From Enoplolaimus lenunculus (Eukaryota), in assembly GCA_030248215.1 (NCBI GenBank), contig JASANG010003582.1, positions 62,001-126,000 on the forward strand: 64,000 nucleotides of DNA. Reading direction: 5' to 3'. Both the position numbers and the translations under genes were made by a program. Shown here in pieces: positions 14,397 through 28,700 of the stretch (its first letter is position 1; every line of letters begins with the position of its first letter). The notes under the pieces were generated by a model. That model ran no database searches. It had not been told where the DNA came from and was given only the letters and a program-made list of their open reading frames with translations.

Positions 14397-17067
14397 AATA
14401 GTCTTTCAAATATCATTCCTAGATCATGCTAATGTTTAAGAAACATCAGTACACACAAATGATTACATCTTCAAACATTCCTTTTCAGTTATTATAATGT
14501 CGGTAAGTTTTTGTGTATATTCTCCAGTTTATGTAGCAATTTTTTATTTTTTTAGTTTGACACCAATTTACGCCTCAAGCGAGTCCGTTTCATCAAAGTA
14601 TGTTTAAAATCAAAGTACAACGCATAACGTGTTGTCTATTTCCAAAAAAATGACAACTTTTGACGCGTTGAAACTTTAATTCATTTTCAGCAAATATCAA
14701 ACTGTCATATTTTATTGCTGATTTTTGCATTGTTTTATTTTCGGGTTCCGGAAGCGGTTCTGCAGCGTATGTCCTAGATCCTTCTTTCAGTTGAAGATCA
14801 TTTTGAAATGAATATTTTATGTATTTAATCAAACCAAAGGTGTTCGTGAGAAATTTATGGCATAGAACAAAAAACTGATGTAAACCTTCAATTGAAAACA
14901 ATTTTTAGCATTGGAGACATTATTCTTTCCGTCGGTCTAAGTGGAATTATGGTTAATTTCAGGTTTTTGGCCAGCAAAATATTGAGACGATAACAGAGCA
15001 CAATGGGCTGATTGTCGCATAAGTGCCATTAAATTGATTATCACAAAATATTTTTGTGTACTTCACAGGCTCTTTGAACATCATTTCAATATCTGGAGGG
15101 GGGATAGTGCTTTAGTCAGGATTTCAATTCGAACGGCATAACACATTTATGGCTTATAGATGCCAGCACGTTAATCCAAAGACAGTAAAACTGCGTTTTT
15201 CTTGTCTCTCCAAGAATTTCCGAACGTGATATTTCCTCCAATCATCTATCCTGTATACGCCTCTGATTAATATATTCGAGAAAACGTTGTTTTAACCATC
15301 AAAGACTGAGACAGATCGCGTTGTTTTGGTGCCGCAAATATTTGTAAGATCACTTCGATCTGGCAAGTGCTCCCATGTTAATTTAATGCCAGTTAAAATT
15401 GATCAAAGCCAGGGATGATGTTAGGATCCAGACTTCAAGGAGGTTGCTCACTCAGATTGATATAACGTTGTTTAACGCAGGGCTGACTAGCGAAAGTAAA
15501 CAAACTGGTCATTTCTGATCTAAAATACACTTTTACGAATGCAATTTAAGTCAGCGGCCAAGTAAGCAACATAGTAAACATGTCTGTCCGCTGCCGGTTT
15601 TTTGCTTTTTAGCGTAAACTTCAAACGTTAACAACACTTGTTTGCCAGTAGCGAATACTTAGAGATGGATAGAAGGATATTTTCCTGATCGGATTTCTAG
15701 AGATATGAACAACGGTACTCGTGCAGGCTTTAGACAAAATCTGCTGGATCCTACTCGCTCGTTAGCAGAACGCACCATCATAAAATGAAATTTTACTTCC
15801 GCCTTGCTGTTTGTTTAAACGAAAATGAAGAAACTTTTACAGTTGTGACCAATCCGTTCGAAGTTTGTGCAAAACTAATCGATAAGGATAATTTCACTAT
15901 AAGTTTATGCAGAAGCCAGAAGATTATAGTCGGATTTGGGCAAAATTCTGATTATACGTTTATGTTACATAAATACGAGCAATCCTGATTGGTTAATATA
16001 AAAAGCTAGAACGCCTTGATACTGTATTCCAGTTCTATACTCGGGCAAATTTTTATTTAGAGCAGCACCTTTTAAACTCTTTGCTTCAATTTTAGGTTGT
16101 ACCTAAAAACTAAAAATATGGTTTTTTGCTTAATGGCCAATTTTAAATGTGTACATTACTCAAAACTTTCATCTGCCATAATTGCAGTGCCGTCTGTTGT
16201 ATTAAATGCTCTGTCTAGAAACAAGGGCGTAGTCATAGAGGGGCCGAGGGACCGTAGTCGCCGTCAACAGTTTCGAAAAAAATTCATTTAGGTTAATAAA
16301 TAAATATGCATTAGAAAACAACAAACAATTGGCCTACAAACAAACTGTAAAACTTTCTGTACTTCAAACACACAGAAGTGGGAATATTCTGGCATGGTCT
16401 TGTGTTTTGATCAAAACTTACAATAGTTATTAGAATGGAATCACTCGTTCTGTGAAAATGGCTATCAGTGCCGGCGGAAGTGCCCTCCGAATTCTTTAAT
16501 TAGGGCTGTGACTTCTAGGGGGCACCTTTCTAGGCAAACTAATCTGTTTCGCGGACCACAAAGCTATAGAGCTTTGAAACATTTTATTAGAAGTTTCCCT
16601 CGGACCTGTTCGGGGGGGGGGTGGCGAATATCCAAACGCCGGCCCAGCTGGCTATGTCTGACTAGACAAAAAACTAATTTTATGCGGTTGTGTTCGTTGA
16701 CTTTCCCAGAAAGATTTGAAGTTTATTTCTCACCGTCTCATTAATTGCATCTACAAAGCTAAAGTTTCCCGAACTCCACTGTTTACTATTTTCCTATAAG
16801 CCTAAGTTTATCCTTACTCTATGGTTTACGACAAGGCTTTCATTAAGCCTGAGCGTTGAATTTCCAAGAAGTATTTGTGTATAATAATATGATGCGTAGT
16901 AGCGTAAAATGTCCACACCATGCGGAATCGAGTACCCTGGCGAATTAATTATGAGACATTTTGAGTTAAAAACTTAAACAAATGTTTACAATTAGTTTAA
17001 AGTAATTCAATGTTTTCAAGACAAGCCGAACGCCTTTGCATGACGGCATTTTTATTTTTCAAGCGTT

Positions 17068-17432
17068 CAGGGTACAACCGGGGGTCTGCCTCAAGCTGCG
17101 GTTCCAGCAGAAAATCGGCTTCCGACTCCGGCTCCGGTAGAATTTTTGGCGGAGTTTTCGACAATTTCGGTATTAACATTTTGCATAATTTTGCAAAATT
17201 TATCTGTTTAGCGCGTTTCGTTTTCCTTTTGTAACAATTTTCAGGATCGAATTTCCGAAATTACGCAGAAAATTAGCGTAAAACCAAACTTAACAACATT
17301 TTGCAGATATTGGCTAAAATTAACTAATTAACCATCATTTTTACTACCTAATTTCGACTCGCATCCGGCTTCGGCATGTTTCAATGACCTCCGGCTGCGT
17401 CTCCGGTATTTTTCACCTCCGGTTGCACCCTG
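17068..17432. mobile_element. hAT-like MITE family A, reverse orientation
   Basis: CAGGGTACAACCGG...CCGGTTGCACCCTG. Further degenerate or partial copies near 2540-2692, 10277, 56150-56245, 57435-57662 and 59598-59898. Confidence 0.85.
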
Positions 17433-19786
17433 GATGTGAGCTTAAGTTTTTTACCCCGATGCGTGCTACTATTAACATTATATAGTTTCAGGCTACCGCC
17501 TATTTTCATTGCGGTAAATTTTTCGAATACATTGGTTACCTAACCGTCCGTGCACGTCAGAAAAACACTGGCAGTGAACCGCAACGGTTCAGTAATGATG
17601 GACCACCGGTACGGACCGGAAATCGGCCAACTGTAGTTTTTTCTCTAAATTACTGCAAAATTGCTATTTGCGGATTTGACCTATGACCCTAACCTTGATT
17701 ACGAACAAAATATTTTTAGTCATTTTTCGTAAACAAAATTCTACCGTTTTAACCATGAAAACAATTTCAAACAAAATATTTATCGGCCATCATCGGACTC
17801 ACTCGAATCGGACGGGACAGTACCGGTTCAAAGTCATACGACACTGGTCTGAATTCGACCGAACCGGACGACAGCATTGAGTGAATCTGACACAAAAAAT
17901 ACAGCACCACAGCATAAGGTCATGAGAAAATGTGGAACACAGAATCGAGCAGACCGCACATGAGAACTTCTGGATTGCATAAATTGAGCGGACCGGACAT
18001 GGGAAGTTCCGGATTGCAGCATTTAGTGGCCTGGTCATGTAAAATTCCGGACCGCAGAATTGAGCGGACTAGACATGGAACATTTGCTGCTGAGTTTGTT
18101 CGAATTTCTCCGTGACGTCGCTTTAAAAATATAATCCAAAATACTGGCGGCGCCCATGCTTTGAAATGCAACTTTTATCACAAAAATTGTGTCATACTTG
18201 AGTTGATTAAAGTACTGAATACGACCATCTGTCGTTCTCACTGTTATGCAGAGCATTGGTTGGCAATTTTTGTTTGCTGAATAATTAAAAAAACAACCCG
18301 CTGAAGTAAGCAGTTTATTGTTAATTTTTGCATTCAATTGCTTGTGGTAAAATGAAAAAAAACAGCTGGTACTTTATTATTAAGCAACACGAATTCATAT
18401 TTTCTCAAGTTTTGCCAGATGTTACCGGAATTCGTTTCTAACTTTCTTCCATTTTGCATATATAAACTGTCCATGCGGGACTTATGTGTGCCTACAACCA
18501 GAAATTTTTAGCAGACAAGAAATTTTTTCATTACATAAAATACTTTTAATGCTATCGATAGATTGGCCCATGTAAAGATCAGGTGCGGAATGTTTTTATG
18601 TGGGACTAGAAAAATGCAAGCTTAAGCTTTAAACTGATTTTTTTTGATTGGCTTAGGCTTAGGCTTGGGCTTAGGAGTATACTCGTTCTTACGGTTAGGC
18701 TTAGCTTAGGGTTAGGCTTAGCTTAGGCTTAGGCTTAGGAATATGCTCACAATACTGTTCCAACCCTGTTCTTTACATTGGCCGATAAATTTAACCGCTA
18801 AAGGGAGGTGAAAAACTCCATGGCGGCAATGTCGCCATATTGTAGTTGCGGCCTTGTTTCTAATGACAAAGAACAATACCTACTACAAAGGTATTTTTGC
18901 AGGACACAAAATAAGTCATATTTCATTCGCTTGTCATCAAAATTGCTTGCTGTATATTTTTATAACGGTGTCTGCGCATTTTTCATGTCTACAGCTTTAG
19001 AATCGAATCTGCTAGAGTTCATTGCTGCGACCTCGGTCTGAGTGTCAGTTTCGTTCATAGGTGCATTGTAAGTTTTATATACATCTCGACTTAGGTATAC
19101 TTTCTCATCCACGTTTAAAGTTAAAGATAAGGCTTAGGTTTAGGCTTTACCTATGTCTAGCTTTTGAGCGTAAATACCGTGAAATGTGCAAGGGTGTACA
19201 GCTTAAGTCTAAGCTTTTGAGCGTAAATACCGAGAAATGTGCAAGGGTGTACAGCTTAATGTTTACAACGGATTTTGATACAATTAGCATTTCTTGTTTA
19301 TATCCTACAAGCTCAACCTTCAACAAATTTACAAGTAAACGTAAGTCTAACCTAAACCCAAATCCAAGCCCAAATCCAGCAAATTGTGATTTTGAATACA
19401 CATGTGGGATTTTTCGTAAGTAAAAAATATTGAAGTATGAATGAATATGTACACCAATAATTTTCTACAGGTTGCCCGTCCGTAACAGTAAAACTGTCGT
19501 GAGCGAAGCGAGCGAGAACCCAAACGCAATTTTTTACGAAATCTTGTTATGAAATGTTTGTTTTGGTTTCAGTTTGACGGGCATGGCATGGCTTGCCAAC
19601 CCTTGGATTCGCACAAGTATCGAATACATTTCTCAGCTATTTTCAGAAAATTAATAAAATAACAGTTAATATAAAATGCGGATCACCTCATTTTCTGTGT
19701 ACTTTTTATAAAAAGTATTAATTTGTTTTTGATCAAATATTTACCAAACTATTTAAATAACAATTGTTTGCCTCAGGCTGGAAATA

Positions 19787-22700
19787 ATGTTATTGGAATT
19801 TAGTAGTTCAATTCAAACAATTTTGCGTTGCATTGTTACCGCTGGTTTGGTGTCATTTATTATCAGTGGCCGAAAAGCCGCAGCATCGAGCAAGGAATGC
19901 GAAATTCTGCAGTCGAATACAACAGCATACAAGGAATGTATCGATACACAGCTTATTGAATGGTAAGTATACAAAGTATTATTTAAAGTAAATTTGTTTC
20001 TTTGCGCCAGGAGCAGTTTACAATGCGTGGATGACGGATATATAATTCAAAATTCCTGAATCAGTTATGAATGAAAACTACTACACGCGTTACAATAGCC
20101 TGCTGGATCCTTGCCATTCGCTTCCTGTTTATGTACCTTGACATTAGCACAATTTAACAAAATAAAACACCATATATACACAGCTTTATTCAGGCCTGTA
20201 GCCAGCTCACCTTGCTATTGGGATGGATAAAAAAATTTTCAGGAAGGGCATGACAAGGGTTTTCTTTGCCTTATAAGCAACGTTGAACATTTCCTAGTGG
20301 GGTGGCCAAAATTTTTCAGCAAAGGACGGGCTGAGCCTCGCTGCCCCCTTTGGCTACGGGGCCCGAGTTTATTTAATATAATTATGGCAGTATCGCATGG
20401 AACTCCGCACAAGAATTTGACTATGGATGTTCCGAGGCTGTAACATATGACGTACGAATTATCGGTGCCAGTCTAAGTAATATTTTACCCAATGGATTAC
20501 TAACAGATACAAAATTGGTTAAATCTAATTTGTTAAAGCAAATTGATACAAGCTAAAAATACATTGGCGCTTGTCTCAGGGATTTCTGTTTCTCGTTTGT
20601 GTATTTTACAGTTTAGACATCGTTTTAATGGCACGGGTTTAAATTTCTAAGCAAACAGTTACATACTGCATAATGTCAAGCTTGTGCAACCTTTTACACA
20701 TTATTAGAGTTATTCATTAGATTTGGTTTCTATTTAACAGTTTATCAGATTCAATTATAAGGTATAAGTAGAAAATTGTACCAATGGGTAAATTTAAATA
20801 CATTCTGTTTTTGCCATATACGCGATTTTTAGGACGAGAAATAATCGTTCATTTGTACCGCAAATCATTTTTGAATAAGACTCTAAGTCGCTCACATATA
20901 CGAAGGCATTGCCAGAAGCATGGGAACCAAGTAGGCCTCGTAGGCCTCACCACGGGACCAATAGAAAAAAAGAAAGATTCAGTACTAAAATTGAGTTTAG
21001 TAAAACGCGTCTCAAAGCTAACTCCAAGACTAAATTATGTCAAAATTTGAAAACGTCAATAACTATGCCGAAAGTACTTACAAGGGCTTATAATTGTTTC
21101 ATTTGCTGTAACCGAACAATATTTTTAGAGAATTGCGCCACGGGTTACTACAAACTTAAGTAAGCGTACTTTTAACTTGCATCAGTTTGTTGAATTTAAT
21201 AACACGGTGTGGGTTTCAGCACTGTTTCGTCTTAAAATTTAATAGTTACGGCAATGGGTAAACAGCTTAAGGCTAATAAGCGTGGTTCTCTTACTTTAGA
21301 CAACGGTCAACTGGTACGACATTTGTTACATTTTTAATACCATGAAATCTTGAGGGGCATTTAATATTAAGGTCGTATACATGCGCGGATAGATGTGATA
21401 TACTGTCCCCGAAAATTCATTACAAATTGTAGAACAGACACTTTTACAGCCTTTGCAATAAAATGTTAAATCTTTGTGCTCAACCAATAATCGCTAGCAA
21501 AGAAAGCGTAGCGTTAAACTTCAGTTTGTATATTCTCCCGTAATGAAATCCTACTTTACATCCCTGGTGATGCACGATATTAAACGACGTATTACGTCAG
21601 AGTTAAACTGATCATGTAGAAAAAATGCTCCATGCTGAGATTGGCTGTGAGGACCAATATCTTTCCGGTTCACACAAAACATGGTGATGGGGTTGGGGGC
21701 ACTAAGCACGATACTGCACCCAACCTCGGCAAACTATTAGTATATATATAAATTAACGAATATCCCATATACATGTCGGCTGGCATGTCTTTTTGGCATA
21801 TTTAATAGGAAGTTGTGAAATTCGATAGGTGTACAAATAGGTTTAATACTTAAAAATGCGTTGCATCTCAATTGAAATTGCAAAAAATAGATGTTTATCT
21901 GAGTGTTTTTTGTGGCTACGGTTTCGCTGTCAATATTGGGAACAAAGTTCAGGCCATTATAAAGTGCCGCCGGTCAGAATATTTGGTGGGGCATGCAAAT
22001 GAGGGTTTTGCGCAAACGTTTAATACTGTAATAACCCGAATAAGAGGGGGACTGATATTTATTTGGCCTCTCCAGAAGGAACCCCCTTGTTATTTGGTTA
22101 CAGACTGCTCTTTATTTTTACCCCGTCCTCCTAGTTACTGATATACGCCAAGTATTGTAACTATTTATTGAATTAAACGGTCATTTGTCTTGTATCAAAA
22201 GCGTGTGCCATAATGCAAGGTTATACTTTTTAATGTTTCGAACTCGCCTTTATTTGGTCCTGGAGTCATTTATACGCTACAATTGGGATACGGACTCCTA
22301 TTTATTGGGACTCCCGAATGGCGACCCCCTCTTATTCGGGTTACTACAGTAGGTTATATCGTAACACTAGTAACGCTTTTCATATATATTTTCTACTTCG
22401 TATATGATCCAATTTTAAGGACGGACTAATTCATATCGCTGCCGCTCGGACAAGAGGTGTTTACAATCATTGAACAGTTCTAAGACAACATTGTACGATA
22501 TACACTGTATCTATCTGTAAACAAAATTTGATAAGATGTAAATAAAATTCGATAATAAACACATTTCCTAGGAATACATCTGCATCCGTTTTCATAATCA
22601 GCAGACACTCGTATGTGCTGTAGCGAACAAACGATTCGATCTTACAAACAGAGTAAACCACCATTTCCGCGTTAAAAATTTGAACAAATTCTAAATGTAA

Positions 22701-25700
22701 TGATGTCAACACTCGTACAAGCGTATGAATTACGCGTGACACGCGGGCTTCAAGCTCTCATAACATAGAACTACCTTAAACATCGTTGCTCGCCGATCTT
22801 GCGCTGACTCAGACAGAATTATGCGGCTTATATGTCGCTTCTTGTTTACTTCCCACACGCTAGTATTAATTTTATGGAAGATAAAAAATTTCCCATCCAC
22901 ATCTTTTTACTATAAATTAGTTTTCAAAGCAAGCCTAAACTTAAATCTATACCTAAGCTTAAAACTAAATTAAAACTTAGCAGTAAACCTAAGCTTAGTT
23001 TACTGTTTTAGTCATTATGCCTGTGGGCACTTTTTCTAGGGGCAACAGATGCCTAGAAAGTAGCTAATCATTTTTAGAATTTAAATAGCTATGTAATTTT
23101 ATTAATTTTTATATTATCAAATCAGTTGGGACCCATGTATGTGAATCGCAGTTGCTATAGTATCTTATTAAATATCTAGAACAATCTTGGTATATCACAT
23201 CTCACTGATACGCTTATTCAAATGTCTCATGAGATTCGTTACTTGTGTTATATAAATTTGATGTAATCATAAACGTCATAGACAGTTTAATATTAAACTT
23301 TCAAAAATTATAACAAAACGGCAACTGATCCTGCATTAAGCTTACCTGATTGACTTATTTTCAATTAAAATACTGATAACGTAACGAAATTTGGGATTTT
23401 ATGGAGTTTGGCTGGAAACAGTTTCGCAAACATGATTTCATTTCGGGATTAAATAACCACTTCAAAAATTATATTTGAACTTTGACATTGAAAAAAGTTA
23501 CTCTAGAGCCTGTTAATACTGTTTTTTGCCTCTCCAGAAATTTTGGGAGGGATATATCGACTGTATTTCATTCCTGTGTCAGTATCCGGCTAAAAGATTG
23601 ATTCAGAAAGTTTGGGATTATAGTGACCGCCTAAGGTGTTTGCTTAACTTTTTTGTTGTGCTAATTAGTAGCAAAATAAAGGTGTTTCCGTCACTCGTTT
23701 TACATCTCATGTATCTCGGTATGATTTTTTAAAAAATGTCTGGCAGTCCTTAAATGAAAAATGCAAAACTTGACCCAGCACTGTAAATTCCAATGAGTTG
23801 ATTAATAAACTCAGAAAGAAAATGAGTTATTTGTGGTCATTTCTGAGTTAATAACAGTAAACATAACTCACTCTGAGCTTATTAAATTCCGGATGAGTTA
23901 AATAATTAACACAGATTGTGTACAATCAATCCAGAGTTATGAGTTCTAAAAGATCTAATTCAGCATCATTGTCAACTCATAATATATCAATATCGAATAA
24001 GTGGTTGAATTGCAATTAAATTAACTTACCGTCTCTGTTTCGTTCTCCTCCAAAGCTAATACTGTAGTGACCCGAATAAGAGGGGGGAGGAGTGAGAAGA
24101 GGGGGTCCCTATTTTGAGTCCCAAATCAATAGGAGTCCGTATCCCTAATAAGAGTCCGTAAGCGGATAGAGTCCCTAAACCTTAATTAGAGTTCATAAAT
24201 ATCAATTATTCCTAATTGTAGCGAATAAATGACTCCGTGACCAAATAATTTGAGTTAGAAACTTTAAAGCTCACTTAATTTTTGAAAGCACATTCCTAAG
24301 TATAACATTGCATTATCTCTCAAGCTATGGACACAATACAAATAAACGTTGAATTCAACGGACAGTTCCAGTGCTGGATATATTTCAGTATCGAAGGGTT
24401 GCGGAGAGTGGGTTATAGCCACACCACTGTATGGGCGGTTTAGTTATGAAGAGAACCAACATTGCCGCAACCTAGTTTTTGTAATACTTAGCTTGTTTTC
24501 CCAGTCCCTATCAAAAGTAATTAACTTCTCTCGGCATTTTCTATTTCTAAAGACGTCAACTTTGGATATTTCTTTTCTAGGTTTCAACCATGGCGTAGCT
24601 TAGATTTATCTTCACGCTGAGGCTTAGGCTTAGGAATATTCCTAAAGTACTGTTGCGCCCCTAAAACTAACATTTGCCATTCTAACTGGTTAAAATTAGC
24701 AAGTTATGACGCAGGTTGCCAGTGTTTAGGTGTGTTCGGGCTTCGTTTTCCTACGGACTTTTGTACTCCGAGCTGAAAAGGTTTCAACAACAATCAAACA
24801 AGTTTATGTTTGCAAAAATTTTTGCCCAGTGAGGTCACTTCTACCGCTATGATCTACGAACTAGTTAAGGCTTGTAGCCAACTGTCCTTGCTAGCAGAGT
24901 GGCACATTCTCCGCGGGTAGGCGCGTATTTCTGGTCAGTTGTGGTCCTAGCTTTATTTAGCTGGGTTTGAAATTTTGTTGTTTCTAGTAAAGTTTTATTT
25001 GTAAAATTTATTGAAGCTATATCGCAAAACTTCACAAAAGCGCGAATCACCAGCGTTTTTTAAAATACTGGTTTGACTTCAGGCACGGGTAAAATGTGGG
25101 TCGTAGATCTTTTTTGCACGGGTGTACCCGCTGGTAAAAAATTCTGGTTTTCGTGCGCACAGCGCGGGTCGTGTAAAAATCCTTATCCACTTCACACGCC
25201 GCTTGTTTGAGGGTGGGTTGAAAATTTTTCGCGAGGGGCGCACAAAAATACTAAAATGACTTACATGATGTTTTTCTGGGGGAGTCGCAAAATTTTTCTT
25301 GGGAGTCCGAGTTCCTTTGGCTCGCCTTTACCTACAAGTGCGAACTTGCTCCTGTACGTATATTAATTGCAAAGTTGCTCTGTTTTGTGAGACTGTTATA
25401 AAAGCGTTTTAGCTAACAGTTGCTATGAAAGTAGTTGCTATAAGTAAGTCAACGAGTCTGAGTTTTCAAGCATTTTGCTGGCAATAACTAAAAAGCTTTC
25501 GCACGTAGTATTTTGTAACTGTTTTCATATCACTCATTTTTTTGTATTCGAATTTGGCAAAGTCTTAATCGATGTATAACGTTATCAATCATAATTTTTA
25601 CCGCATAACACGCTTGTTGATTTTGCATTTATATACCGGTTGCTGTTGCGCAGTTTCTGACCAACTTATATGGTACGTTAAAACGTTTATTTTGTGGACA

Positions 25701-28700
25701 GATTTTTCTCGAAGCCTCTTGAAAACAATACTTTTTATAGTGCAACAGGGCTCTCGTACGCATTCCACAATATTTAAGGTGCATGCGTAGGCTTAAGCGC
25801 AAAACTTTGTCTTTAATCAAAAGTAAACGTGTTTCAAAGCGAAATATAAGTAATAGTTGTAGCACGGTTTTGCATTGTTCCGACATATGAACACGCGATG
25901 CTAAAACAATTTTTAGCAAGTGCATGCATGAATTTCAGAGAGTTTATAAGCGAGATTCCATTGGCTTAACCATAACTTCCAAGCTCTGAAAATTTCAAAA
26001 ACCGGGGAGAGTTTACAGGAGGCAAAAATTTAGTTTTTTGTAAACTCGTGAACGAGTCGTTGGATCGTAGTAAAACATAAATTATAAGCTTTCGCACTGA
26101 AACACTTGTTGATTGATATGTAAATTGAATAAAAAGTAATAAAATACAATTAACCACTCCAGAATGTATTTAACCTTTATCGGTTTTTACCACTTTCCAA
26201 TATTTCACGTACGAGGCTGCAATCAAGTTTCTCGATTTAAACTTTCCAATTTCACAACGTACATGATTGAGGCTTACCGAGCGGAGATTCCACAGGTCTG
26301 TCGAGACTTTTCCTTGGTCCAATCCCGTATTCTTTTTTACACAACTTCACGTGCGACATTTCCCTGCACTCAACTGGGTGACATTGGGTGACTCTTCGTG
26401 TATGGAGATCTAAATTTGCCGCTTACACAAGACGGACGCAGCCACATTTATATACACTTGTGGCTTGTATACTCTTTTGATTTGAAATAACAATTCAGGA
26501 AAATATTCGCTGAAAATAATTTACTAAAATTAAAACTTAAAACTTTATTAAAATTGTAGTTTTTGAATTACTTTTCTATTCTTTTTGAATTCGATTTGAT
26601 TGTATTTTTAAAAAGCTTTGAATTCACATAATTTGAAACAATAGAACAAAATGAAAATAACTGTTGTCAACGCGAACTTGTAAATCGAAATAAATCGAAC
26701 TAAGCTGACTTGCCGAGTCACTTGTAAACCGAACCAGATCAATTTGCGATTAATCCGAATGTACTATAACGGAAAATTATTCGAACTCTTACAATTGGTA
26801 TATACCTGAATGACATTTGCAGCACAGTAGAACCAATCGGATTTTTGCTACTCACAAACGAAATTTGAGTGAGAAAGGCTTAACTGTGTTTTATTAGAAC
26901 AGACAGCCAAATCATCAATTTAATGATGGCAAATAACGTTTGATTTGTAACTGTTTTAGGTCAGTGTCACCAGAATCCGTCGTACAAATATTGAACAACA
27001 CGCTGCGCTACAACAAGAATGTTGCACCAGGTCAACTCAGGCGTAAGTTGCTATTTGATTTCGTAGTGTTGCGAATCCCAAATTTGTGTCGACATTTGCG
27101 CAATATATAATAGTAGAAAAACCTTACGAGCAAAGCGAACCAGATTCAAAACGCAACTTTATTTACCAAAGTAAACCAGAATTAAACGCAATTTTACTAC
27201 TTACTAAATCTTCATATAAGAAGGTTAAAAATTTTGTTGATAATAGTAAGCTTACGTAAAAACTCGTTTTGCTCCGCCAGGGCAGCGGATAGGGTATCTG
27301 AGGCCCCTTCTTCAGTGAGCTGGGGTCCAAGGGCGTCCGCAGCAAATTATATTTGATAGCGGAGCACCGAATAATTTTGGGGACCGCAATTGCAATTCAA
27401 GATTGCTTACTTTTGGGGTTCACGTTATAACTGGGGCAGTCGGGTCACGATTTGTCATATCAAAATTTGAATTTTCCCGCCAAATTTTAAATTTTCCTGC
27501 CAAATTTAAATTTCCCGCCATATTATTAGTATTGTTATTTACATTGTCTTGCAATATCATATACTAACGGGATGTGTCTGTTAGTATCATGTGATATTCC
27601 GCCATAAGCTAACCTAGTTATGCAACTGACTCAGTTGACATTTTAAAAATGATCACATGATATTGACAGACAATGTCGGGAATATCATATGATATTGAAA
27701 GAAAACGTGACCGATACGTGATGTTACCAGACAACCACTGTGTTTGGAATATCATATTGGGTTCATTGCAGACAAAATGCTACCCAATATATAGAACGAG
27801 ACAAAATATGACCCAGCTGCACCATTTATATCGTTAACCCCGCATCAGATTGAGTCCCGTGCGAACGCCCTTGTGGCGCCCCCAGAAGGTATCAAACCCG
27901 GATGCAACGGTATTAAAAGACGCAATGCAGATACGCCATAATGGCGAAAAGCTCGAGAGCCAAGCGAATGAGAAGCCACAAACGTTAATTTTACAATGTT
28001 TAACGTGAATTGCGGCCCAAAATAAGTTTTTTAAATCGCACTTGGAATCGTCAATGTCGGGGCACGCCAGGTGCGCAGTAAACTACGACACTGAGCACTG
28101 AGTACGATTACTACTCGTTCCAGTGTGCATTTTTGATTTTGTCCACTTCACAAATCGCTTGCATTTTTATAGAAACCCGAACTGAAGTATCAGTCGCGAT
28201 GTACGTAGAAAGCCTTTCGTCTTTCAAAGCTCACTCCATGGTAAGTATTCTGAAACGCATTTGATAACCCAGCGGATCCTTCAGGGTGGAAGTGCTTTTC
28301 AGCACAAACAATATTTCCGTGTGCTCAAAGCTTAGTTCTGGCCCAGAGAAGTTTCTGCGTACTAGCCAATTTTGGCCAATGTATATAACAGGGCCGCAAC
28401 AGTAGTAGAAGCATATTTCTAATCCTAATCTTAAGCCTAAGCCTAAGCCTAAGCGTATGGATGAGCCTATTTCTAAGCCTAAGCCTAAGCCGAAGCCTAA
28501 GCGTCAGCAAAAAAATTAGTCTAAAGCTTAAACTGACTATTATAACCCCTCCGAAAAACGATCCGGCCCTGTTCTATACATGGGCCCCAATTTTTAAGTA
28601 GGAATTCTCCTTGATATATGTTTAGCAAATATGAATAGGGTGTTTTTGTATCGTTTTCGTATATACTGAGTAAAAATTTCTGCATTCAAAATTTGAATAG

